Shown here piece by piece: positions 24,670-35,933 of a stretch of 64,000 nt of DNA (the stretch's first letter is position 1; each line of letters opens with the position of its first letter). Made by a program: the position numbers and the translations under genes. Origin of the DNA: Marsupella aquatica (taxonomy: Eukaryota; Plantae; Marchantiophyta); contig OZ316899.1 of the NCBI GenBank assembly GCA_973895155.1, positions 7,257,241-7,321,240 of the forward strand, given 5' to 3'. Under the pieces are notes generated by a model. That model was not told where the DNA came from, ran no database searches, and saw only the letters and a list, made by a program, of their open reading frames with translations.

Positions 24670-25724
24670 GGCACATGACAAAATCCAGAGCTCTACTTCC
24701 AAGGGAATCTGGTGGAATTTGTGAGGACCTACAAATACCTTGGGGTGGAGTTCTCTCAAAACTTGAGTTGGGCCTCATGTGTAAAATCTAGGGCTGCCAA
24801 TGGGTACAGAGCTTTTTATGCATTCATGAACAAATGCAAAAGAGCTGGTCTACACACTTGGAGGTTAAGGAAACATCTCTTTGGAGCTTTGGTGAAACCA
24901 GTCATTCTTTATGGAGCACCAATTTGGGGAGCAGGTGTGTCTAAATCTGGGTGGCAACAGATTGAGGGGCTGCAAAAGCTATTTCTTGAGATGGAGCTTG
25001 GGATCAAGTCACAAACCCATATGCACTTACACTTGCAGAGGCAGGCTTGTTTCCTTTGGAGGTGGAGGCACTCTTCCACACACTCAAATACATCATGCGT
25101 GTAAGAGAGTTGGAGGAAAACAGATTTCCTTTTCATGCCTTGCGCTCATCTTCAGCTAAAGGGTGGTATGCAGATGTGTGCAGGTGGGCCCATGCTTGGG
25201 ATTTTCCTGAACATGAATGGCCAACACACCCAACCAAGCTAAGAGCAAAACTTGAGCAAAAGGCTTTGCACAAACTTTGGCATGAACCTAGCCCACGGCA
25301 GCAATACTACATGAGAGATGTGAACCCCATGAAGAAATATCGAGAACAAGAATACTTATCTAGCACTATCTCAGTACAACTTAGACACCTTATTGCTCAG
25401 TATAGACTAAGCTCACACCACCTTGAAGTAGAACAAGGGAGATGGAAGGATATTGACAGGAAAAAGAGGGTTTGTCAACTATGTGATAGCTCTAGTATAG
25501 AGAATGAATATCATGTATTCATTGCTTGCAAGTTTTATGAGGGGGTTAGGATGGCATCTCAAATCTTGGTGAAAGATTTGTATGCATTGTTTGGTCTGCC
25601 CCCTCAGCAACTTGGAAGATATGTCTTTGCGGTGGATAGGGAAAGGAGAATAGGTTTGGAAAATCTTTCAGGGCTCTCTAGGTCCATAGGGCTCTCTAGG
25701 TCCATAGTTTCTTTGAGGACATAG
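24670..25724 (+). mobile_element. 5'-truncated non-LTR retrotransposon, RTEX-like C-terminus
   Basis: YKYLGVEF, LVKPVILYGAPIWG and LIAQYRLSSHHLEVEQGRW..RVCQLC..ENEYHVFIAC; frameshift at ~25040. Confidence 0.7.
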
Positions 25725-26004
25725 TTGTCCTCTTCTGAGCAATCTCTTTTGGTTGCTCTTTTCTTTGATTGCATTGTACTTTACTTTTTGTGGCAGCTCC
25801 TTTGACTTTCATGGTCCCGGAGCTTATAATACATTTCCATTACCAGTTTTCCTTGTTATTGAAAGTGTTGGAAAAGGGCTCCATATCTTTATAAAACATC
25901 CAAATTAGCGTTCACTGAAATGCTTACATAATGGAGCCCACCATTCCATCTTAAATTTCAGACAAACTATAGGCAAAATATAGGCCATTCTAACAAGATG
26001 CACT

Positions 26005-27052
26005 TTATTTAATCGTCAAGATGTATCCATACTTTGCCCGTTTTTGGCTAGCGCCAAGCGCTAACCACAGGACACACTTCTTTTTGGAGACAAAACTCCT
26101 ATCTCTTTTGCCCATTAGAAAAGATAAATGCCATTTAGAGTTGTTCAACATTCCCAAATTGTCTAAATGTCCATTTGATATTGTCGACCAAGTAGGTAAC
26201 GGACTTTGCCCAATGTGGGAACTGGTTTGACTTGATAATATCGGATCATGAAGATCCAACTTCAACACATTCCTAAATACCCAATATAGATATTTGCAAG
26301 GCATGTAGGGTTTTTTGTAAATGTGTCGACGGTAAAAATCCTCACACGAGCAACAAGGGAAACAACAAATCTGAACCCAATAAGAGGTTGCAGTCCTCTC
26401 ATGTTCATGTGTTCTAATACAATATTGTTTTCCCCAAGCATTCCCACTCATGACATCTCTCTTGCATATCAATCTCATTATTTCTTTTTCAGATGCTTCA
26501 ATCTTCTTGTAATGTGTTTGAGTTAGATTCACTCTTTGCAAGCACTTCCTTCCATTCCTTGAGGGACATCTCAAAATGGGGTCTGCCAAATTGATCATCT
26601 CCTCGAACAGATTCACATCAATGCGTAACTTGGATGAGGATGGCTCCTGAGAACCTTCCCCTCTCTCTCCTTTCACAATTAGTTCTTGTTCTCTCAAGAA
26701 TTGGATCTCGCCCTCCTGAAGATTGGTCCCTCTCGCAATGGGAAGAATGGATGGTACATTGGGAATGTTTGAAACACCTCTTCTTTGTGACATTTGTTAT
26801 TTGGGCAAAACCATATCTGGTCTGAGTGGGGCTCTAAACTAAAAAGTCTACATCCTCTCACTGATATTTCCACAACTCCTTCTGGATTTGGACACCCAAT
26901 CTTCTTTACTCAATTTTGACATTCATTTTGGCTCCCTCTCCAACCAAGGGTTCCATTGCAAGCAAGACCAGCACCACATTTTGAAGTTTGTCAGAGATGC
27001 CACACCTAGAGCTTTATCACTTTCCATGGGGAGAAGAGAGTCTTCAGGCGCG
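26005..27052 (-). pseudogene. MULE copy 2, C-terminal part with SWIM finger
   Basis: YWVQICCFPCCSCEDF..PCKYLYWVF and WFCPNN, homologous to 13341-14414. Confidence 0.8.
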
Positions 27053-27659
27053 TGTCGTGCGCATACACATCGCTACACATCATACATCGCTTGTCACATA
27101 CATCCAAACATAGTCATATTGCCACATCACAAACACCAGAGAATGGAATACAAGTGAAACTCATGTCCACACATGTCCAAAACCCACAATAATCTCAATA
27201 CAATTGGCACAACGATCCCGGTCAACAATACCCCATTGATCCCGCACCGATCCGATCACACACGTATCTCAAGCCAACGCACCTTGCACTACTCAAGGAA
27301 TCCACGTTACACAAACAAAGCTCACAACCACCATAGCCACTCAAGATCCTCTCTCTCTCCAAGGCTCAACATTGAAAGATGACCTTTCAATGCCTCACAA
27401 GTGAGAAGTACCCTCTCACACAAACCTGACGGAACCTTATCGGCTCATATAGCACACATACCAAACATACAGATCTAGATAGTACGATACACTCTAACAC
27501 TACCTAGAATGGTGTGACAGCTGTCGTGCGCATACACATCGCTACACAACATACATCGCTTGTCACATACATCCAAACATAGTCACACTGCCACATCACA
27601 AACACAAGAGAATGGAATACAAGTGGAACTCATGTCCACACATGTCCAAAATCCACAAT
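27053..27659 (-). repeat. 3' terminal repeat complex, + strand order A(27053-27190)-B-C(27326-27519)-gc-A(27522-27659)
   Basis: Two 138-bp A copies; C matches 41446-41637; G-tract (gctaggggggcg on minus) abuts the inner A. Confidence 0.92.
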
Positions 27660-27832
27660 CGCCCCCCTAGCTGGGAGTAAGGTCCCCTAACTCTAGCTAG
27701 CCATGAGTTCTACAAGGTTGATATACACCTTTTTAGGTGTGAAGATCAGGAGGCCGGGTGCAAGTGAGCCCCATCGATCACCTACCTGCAATCCATATCT
27801 GCCAAGAGAACACAAATGATAACTAGTCGGCT

Positions 27833-29320
27833 TCATCGACACTGAGGACACAACCATGATCCACTAGGAATCACCTACAATGGTGGTGTCAAACATGATA
27901 TGTGTCATCCTCTAGAACACTTATCACAAATCAACATAGTAGTTGCTCCCTGAGCACATCCACACAACATACATTTCAAGCCAGCACGAACATGTGCCAA
28001 GCTTGGATATACTGTACCGTCAATGTTGGGAAGGTGACATGGTGCACAGTTGCGCACATGATCCTTCCAAACCATACCATCGCGTCCCTCCAACATCAGG
28101 ACACCAGAAGGCAACACTTCACGCACACGTAAGATTGTCCGGCCTGCGGTCACATCAAGTATTGTGGGTGCTGTCTGCTGCAAATAAACATAATCACCAG
28201 GATGAAATCGTCGAATGCTTGCACACGCGGTAACCTCCTCCACGAATAGTGGCATATCTCAAAGTATCACGATGTTGGGCAATGGCAAGGTTGTCAAAAG
28301 CCATGGGCATCACTCTCTGAAATACCCGTGCTCTCTCTAAACACACCTTGATCCAAACATCAGGATCATCCAAGTTCACAACTGGTGCAGCATCACGACA
28401 AATAGTTGCTGGCAAATCTGGCTCTCTACCATAGAGCAAAAAGTAAGGTGAGAAGGATGCAAGTGATGCTTGCCGACTGAAACGGTAGCCCATAGCTAAC
28501 CAAGGTAGCTGGAGATCCCAATCTCCCAGATGACCAACCTGCAAGCCATACTTACGCAATCCTCTCTTCATAGTTTGCACAACTCTCTCAGCTAATCCAC
28601 CTGCCTCAGGATGATCACAAGAGGTAGTACGATGATCAATCAGAGCTTGTTCACACAAACTCTCAAACTCTCCACGGAACTCAGTTCCCTGATCAGTCAA
28701 CACCTCAGTTGGTGCTCCAAAATGACTAAGTACATGATCCAAAAATGTAGCAGCAACTCCTCCACTGGCTTTATCTGGCAACGCCACTAGCTCAATCCAC
28801 TTGGAGAAGTGCTCCACCATGACCAAAACATACCGATTATGACGTTGCGTAAGAGGTAATGGACCAGCAAAATCCAAACTCCAACGATATCCCAAACCCA
28901 TGATCGGCAATGGGTGCAACTAGGGAGTGGGAATATTAAATGATGCTCTCACTCTATCACATACCACAAACTTAGCTATCAACTGCTGGACATGAGTGTG
29001 CATACCACGCCACCAATACTGTGTCTGCAGCAAGCTATAAGTACGCTTCACACCAAAGTGACCCAACTCCTCGTGTGCATGTCGCACCAAATATACTCGT
29101 TGTGATGGTTTTGGTACCACCAACACCCTACCATCATGCGGTACTCTCAAAAGATGGTTTCCCTCCCATCGAAACCTCTTGGCTCTCTGTAGAACCTTGT
29201 CACGTTCTTTGGCATCAACAATGCCAACAATAGAACCATTGCGCAGATATTCCAACACTCTCACATCATTGTGAATATCTTGTTGTCCAGAAGTTACCTC
29301 ACCAACATCCACATCTGAAG
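27833..29320 (-). pseudogene. Integrase (HHCC + DDE) and C-terminal PHD finger
   Basis: HEELGHFG..C.VC, WSLDFAGP, TDQGTEF, GLAERVVQT and CMLC..MLICDKC..WH..C..W.C..C. Confidence 0.9.
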
Positions 29321-29325
29321 ACTCA

Positions 29326-30879
29326 TCATCCACTCCATCCAATGAGGTAGAGTCCACAGCCATTGTATGCTGGCACCCAACAAAGAAAGGCAGATGCATG
29401 CCATCCTGGCACCATCTTCTTATCTAACTCATTATGCCATCTCGCTCCAGTCTCATCCTGCTGACTAGTACATGGATTGCGGCTTAATCCATCTGCATCC
29501 AAGTTCACTTTTCCAGGCCTATGCACCACCTGGAAATCATACTCCTGTAACAACAATGCCCATCGTGCAAGCTTCCCTGTAAGCTTGTCAGACTCCATTA
29601 ACCACTTAAGAGGCTGATGATCAGTGATCAAGGTGAAGGGGTTACCAAACAAGTAGCAACAAAAGTGTGCAACAGCCCACACTGCTGCCAAACACTCTCC
29701 CTCATAAGAGCTATACTTAGTCTCTGCTGAATTGTTTGATCTACTAACATAAGCCACAACAAACTCATTCCCCTCATCATCCTTCTGAGTCAGCACTGCT
29801 CCAAGTCCTACTCCACTCCAATCAGTGTGTAGCTGAAATGGTCTGCCTGAAATGGGTCTTCTCAAAATAGGGGATGATGCCAAACTTTGCTTCAACTCCT
29901 GAAAGGCATGCTCCTGGTCATCACCCCAAATCCATTCCTGATCCAACTTAGTGAGTATGGTCAAAGGTTTAGCAAGCTGGCTAAATCCTTTAACATACCT
30001 CCTATAGTAGCTCGCCAATCCCAAGAACGCACGAACTCTACTCACATCAGTAGGACAAGTAATCTGTGTAATGGCCTCCACTTTAGTCTGCTGTACATCC
30101 AATCCCTCTGGGTATATAGTGTGGCCCAAATACTCAATCTGTTCTTGGAAGAACTTACACTTGCTAGGATGGAGTTTCAACCCATGTGCTCTCAATCTCT
30201 CCAACACAATCTACAAGTGCTGCTGATGTTCTTCCACAGTAGAAGAATAGACCAAAATATCATCAATATAACATCTGACAAAATCCAAACCTGCAAGGAT
30301 TCGATCCATGACTCTTTGGAACTCAGCTGGTGCATTCTTCAACCCAAATGGTAAGAATAACCACTGATACAAACGATCTTTGCCATAAGAATCAATCCCC
30401 CAGAATGTTGTCTTGGACCTATCAGCATGCCTAATTGGAAGCTGATGGTACCCTGCCCTCAGATCCAATGAACTGAAAACCTTTGCATGCCCCACAGCAT
30501 CAAAGATCTCCTCAGGTGTGGGCATGGCATATCTATCAGATTTTGTCTGGCGATTAATGGGTCTGTAATCACCACACATGCGCCTATCTGTGTAATTGCC
30601 ATGCACATCCTTCTTGGTTGGCATCACTGTGGTAGATGCATACTCCCCATATGAAATCTCCACCAATCCAGCCTCCAATAAATCTTGAGTTCTGCTTTGA
30701 ATCAGAGCTCTCTCCATGTCATTGTAATGGTATGGCCTACAAAAGATTGGCGCATCACTAGCCAATTCAATCTGAATACCAAGACCCTTTAATGTCCCCA
30801 AATCCTTCATGCTAAATGCAAAACAATTCCAGTAACTCTTCAGGAATTGATGCATGCAACGTCTCTCCTCCCCTGTCAA
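29326..30879 (-). pseudogene. Gypsy reverse transcriptase and RNase H
   Basis: RMCGDYR, LDLRAGYHQ, PFGLKNAP, YIDD, HTDWS and TDHQPL; stop at 30211. Confidence 0.93.
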
Positions 30880-31149
30880 CTTAGGGCCAAGCTATGGTTC
30901 CCAACTCTCCACCAAATCCCTAATATCTCTTTGTAGGGTAGAAGAGATAGCTGATGATTGTTATTTAGTAGTAGATTGAGCAGTCCCTTCCTGCTCAACA
31001 ATCTGTCCAGCCTTGGCCAATCGTGCCATAGGTCCATGGACCGTCTGCTCACCCCCAACTGTGGTTAGTATTGTCTCAGTGGACCGCAAGCTCACCAAGG
31101 GACAATCAGTAATTCTAGCATAGCGCATCCGCAACCGTTCAGCTACTCC

Positions 31150-32110
31150 CAAGCTGATAATCCAAGTCAAACAATTCAGATCCATTGCTTGACCAAGAAC
31201 CTGGCGCCACAAACCCTCTGACACAGAGGCAACTGCAGTGGTGCCAGTAAAAAATCCCATAGCACGCTCTCTCTCATCAGCAGTAGGCTCCACTAACTGC
31301 TGGAGAGCTGTGTCCCACACAAGTCCAGGGCCACCTGCTCTTAATGCATATGAAGCAGAGTGGCTTACAAGAGTGGGTAATGCACAACATGGGCGCCCAA
31401 CTGCATTGACCATTGCCAATGGAGGTCTATCAGGTTGGGTCACACCCTGTGCACAATGCCCTGGATCCAAAATATCATCCACCACTAAGGCTAGTGAGCG
31501 TGGAATGCTGTCAAATGCGCGCTTCAGCACCTCACATGGGATCAAATTGGTCCACCACAAGCGTGGACGATGTGCACGGGAACCCACACGTGCAACATCC
31601 AATAACACAACAAGTCCAATCCAAGACCTCACCTGGTGAATACTGGCAACAAGCCGACTATGATCATCACCTAACAATGGCACATTCTCCAAAATGTATG
31701 CTGGAGATTGTGTCTGATGTAGCTAGAGATGACGCAGCACCAGTAACATTTCACAAAACAATGCAGAGCGTGGATCATGAAGTCCATGCCCAACGCCGGC
31801 TCTAGATTGGCCCTGACATGGCCAATCAACAATCACCAAATCAATGGGGCCAACACGATGCAGATGATCCGCGCCCAGCAATGAAATATCAGTAGGTAGT
31901 GCATGCTGATAACCACGAACAGCATCCACTGGCAGCAACTATGGATATCTATCCACCAACATAGCCACATGTTGCAATGAGACCCTCTGTGCTGTCTCAT
32001 CTGTATCCACATACAAATAACGACGCACAGGAATTCCTGCCTGAAGAACAGCAGCCAATCCAGTGCTAATCCCACCAAAAAGATCCAACAAACAAATACC
32101 CTCCGATGGA
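31150..32110 (-). pseudogene. C5 cytosine methyltransferase domain (DNMT3-like) in the pol frame
   Basis: Motif I LLDLFGGISTG, IV WPCQG, V GL.DPRSALF, VI LENV, VIII AHRPRLWWTNL, IX ERERAMGF and X LGQAMD, all in one frame with TAG stops. Confidence 0.88.
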
Positions 32111-32181
32111 TACTGCCAAGCAATAGGAGTGGTGTCCAATGGTGAAAGAGTCACAAGTCCATCTGCAAGAGACTGCTCTGC

Positions 32182-34858
32182 TCATGACTTTGGTGTAAAA
32201 GCATGACGCCATGCATCATGTACCAATCGTGCTGCTGTCTGTGGCAAGGCCTGTGCATTGCCCCACACTAGTGGCACAACACTGCCAATAGGTAATCCTC
32301 GCATGATGTGCTCCTCATGTGACTCCTCCAATGGTGGAACATCTGTTGCATGTGCATTACCCTCAATCAAATCATCAGGTCCAGCAATTAGACCACTGAA
32401 TGCTACCAAAGACAATGGTGTGGATTTAGGGCCTCCCATAAGTCCACTAAATCTCACTGGCAATTTGCTCAATTGAGCATCTCCTAACTGCCAATCAGGT
32501 CTATATGACATTGATTCCTCCAAAAAATCAAGAATAAATCCCATGGGGTAGAGCATTGTACATCCCACCAACACATCATATGACTCTGCCTTAGTCAGAA
32601 TAGCTCGCACCTGTATCTATGAGCTATCTGTGGTATGACCTTCCTGAATCCTCAAATCAAGAGGTCTCCTGGTAATGTGCTGTGTAGGTGTAGGTCCCCC
32701 CAATGAAGTCTGAATGGGAAAGGGACAATCCTCCAAATCCTCTGGACGCAATCCCAATCCACGTATGACAGACTTTCCCAACATCAAGGGCTGAGCACCA
32801 GTATCCAGTAACACCCTCTCTGGCTAGTATACTGCTCCAGAAAGCCCAACTAATCAAAAGATACCACTCCGATTATCCAATGATACAACACTAGGTTTAA
32901 ACCTAGTCCTCTCAAATGCAGGGCGTGCTGGTAAATCCACCAAGCTCACTGCTGCTGCATGCCATGTCTCACTAGTAGCAATAGGTGGCATGGTCTTCAC
33001 TGCATCAACATTGCAAGTTGCTTCTGCATGGGAAGCAACCACTGGAGTGTCCTCACAGAGTGTAGCTACCAATCTGAACACTTCTGTAGGACCAACTCCC
33101 AAGTTCAGCATGTCTGTCGCTGAAAATAATGGGGTGCGTACTATGGTAGTAGCCGCCCCCAGCAGGGTACCTGTCATCCCTGCTGCATCACTACCTGATT
33201 CTACCAACTTACCCACGCCAGGGTTTGTCCGAATCGGGTTCATAGAGGCAGTCTGAACTGTCTCTGACAATGTAAAAGACTGAGGAAACTTTGTTTGCCG
33301 ACGTGCATCCCCCTTTGTGGATCTAACTCCACTACTGCTCCTCAGGGCTCAAGAGCTTTAGCTGCCCCACGTGTCAAAGCTGCTGATGCATCAATATGTG
33401 CAGTGCCACACAGAATCCCATGGTGGCAAGGTCTCCATCAGCTCCATAAGATGTGGAAGGACCATGGGATGTGGAAGGTCCATAGGATGTAGATGCCCCA
33501 TCACCAGAAGTAGGTCTCATCTGAGAACTAGCCATGGAAGCTAGCTGTTGCTCCAATTGAGCAATCTTAGCATCCTTTGGATCTATGGTTACAGTAGGGG
33601 CAGCGTCACCTCCCTGTCTCCCTACATGTGGCATGCCACGACCACGTCCACCACCTCTACCTCCTCCTCCTCTTCCTTGATCATGTGTACGGGATCCTCC
33701 TCTTCGTAACTCAAGGTGGAGTGAGAAACACCTATCCTTGGTGTGTCCAGGAGCTCCACAGTGATCACACTGTCGCTGATTAGGCGTTGATGCTCCCCCT
33801 GATCCTCTATGATCTGGGCAATATCTCTGTGCATGATCCCCACCACAGGTCCAACATCCTGACTGCTGTCCAACATAAGAGGGCACAGGTCTCTGGCTGG
33901 TAGACTCTCGTGCAGTAGGCTTCTCCCTCTGGCTCTTCCGTGCAGTAGGCTGTGGTGTGGATGTAGATGCAACCTTTGGTGCTTCCTTGGCAAATCCGGA
34001 AGTCACCACCTTCTCATTCACCATATTGAGCTCAATACGCTCAAAAAGGGTAAAAACAACTACTAATGTGGGATCTGCATCCCTAAGCAGGGTGACATCT
34101 CTCACTCTGCGTCGCAATTCTCTTTTCAAAATTGCATACCAAAACTAGACTGCCTGAGCCTTTGTCACTCCCTTGGTGACAGTGATCAATCTGCGCATAC
34201 GAGTGTATGCCTCACATAGACTCTCTCCAATTTTGCGCTGGAACTCCTAGAGACCCTTCAACTTATCAGCTCTCACACCCTGATAGTTTTGCTTCGGTAC
34301 CTCAAAGAATTCCACCACAGGGTTAAATACTGGTGCAACTCCAGTTCTTGTCACAATCGCACCGGCAGGAGTAGCGGTGGATGATGCTGGAGTGCTGCTG
34401 GTGGATGGTGTGCCACTCTGGCTAGTGCTGCTAGAAGAAGCAGCAGCTGTGGCAATGGGTTGGGCAGCCGCACTAGTGCCATAGGTGATGGACACGTAAT
34501 TAGGCGACCAATGCTGCCTCCATGCCTCAATCTCAACCAAATGAGCCTTCTGAAACCCATGGTAGTCATCCATGGGTGGCCCCTCCAAATGCTGAAATAA
34601 TCCCTTCCATGCCATGAAAGGGGTAAACAACGTGGCGTTACGCAATGTCTGCATATTGCACCACGTATCAAACTCTTGGATGAAGTCATCCAGATCAATT
34701 GTGCCAACTGCACCAGAGCATTGTCGTGGGCCCTTTGTAGCCCCGTACATCTTGTCCATATCCCACAACAAAGGTACAACCACCTGATGACGAGGAGAAC
34801 TGGTCATTGAGTCCTCGTCGGAATCACTATCTGAAGCTGCACTGCTGACTGCTACCAA
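32182..34858 (-). pseudogene. gag (two CCHC knuckles, RG-rich tract) and aspartic protease
   Basis: CWTCGGDHAQRYC, CDHCGAPGHTKDRC, VLLDTGA and DVLVG. Confidence 0.85.
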
Positions 34859-35407
34859 TGCCGCTGGCCAAAATTACGCCCCACTCTGAGTGAAACCGGT
34901 CCGTCGTCCATCGGGTAACCCAGCAGCACCAGAAGAATCCGTGGTGACCAACCTAACCGAATCTATATGATAACCCTAAGGGAAATCTGTCCTTGTCAGC
35001 AACACAAACACTCACCATGGTGTATTGGGCATCACTCCAACATCACCAGGAGAGAAATACGTAGCACAACTAGAATATCCGGTTGCAAACCCGGATCACT
35101 CCTATAGAATCAAGCGCCCACGCCAAACTAACATGGTGCATAAACAGGAAGCATATGTGGAGAGGATCCAATCAACAAGAAGAGATCCACAATAACTCTC
35201 CACATCAATAGTGATCATACATCAATCAAACAATGTTCATAATGTTCAATGTGGGGCCTTCATAATAGGCCTCCAATGTTCAATGTCGTAGCTAAGGATC
35301 CATGCACAATTGGTTCAATCCATGCATCTAGATGGATTCAGAAGCATCAAAAACCTTCAGGGAGCTTATGATTTGCCCCAAAATGGCAATCTAAACAAAC
35401 TAGTATG

Positions 35408-35571
35408 TGTTGTGTGACAATGGAGAGACTTGCAACTCGCTATTGTGTTCCATTATGGGTGTGACTTATATAGTCACCATAGGGTTACATGTTGGGGTTG
35501 GTGTTAACCCATGTTACCCCTTCAGGATAGGGTTAGGGGTTAACCATGGTCTAGAGTAAATGGTTACAACA
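35408..35571 (-). repeat. Copia 3' LTR
   Basis: TGTTGT..ACAACA, identical to 41032-41195. Confidence 0.95.
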
Positions 35572-35933
35572 CTTCCCCTTGGAGAGTTTAGGGGTATAAA
35601 ATCACCACACTACTAACCCTATGTTTATTTTTGGTGCTACCCCATTAAAACCTTCTGCTTTCTTCATAAGGAAAAAGGGTTCTAGCCACCATTAGTAGGA
35701 TTTTCTTAAATTTGCACTAAGGTGAGTCTACCTTATAATTTGTCCAAATGTAAAGTTTAATTTGGGTCCCCTATTACTAAAACTACTTCCCCTTAGTTTA
35801 AATGGGGTGTTTACGATAATAATTATTCTATCTTGTATTGGTATGAAAAATCGTATTCTGTCTATGTATACAGGAACGAAAGTTTTAGGTTGCATCGTCG
35901 TCGAGTCGGCTGTCGTCTGTCGGCTCGAGCTGC

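Noticed and set aside
27049-27052. CpG-targeted integration suggested by the CGCG TSD
   Set aside because: Copy 2 is flanked by cctc (58483-58486); one site is not evidence of specificity.
27053-27519. Ordinary 467-bp LTR with a partly deleted partner
   Set aside because: It does not explain the extra internal A repeat and junction present in both copies, or the copy-specific variants shared between repeats.
29887-30354. Antisense ORF conserved in both DNMT-Gypsy copies (also 61316-61783)
   Set aside because: A shadow frame of RT in two similar copies, with non-ATG start and no independent coding signal.
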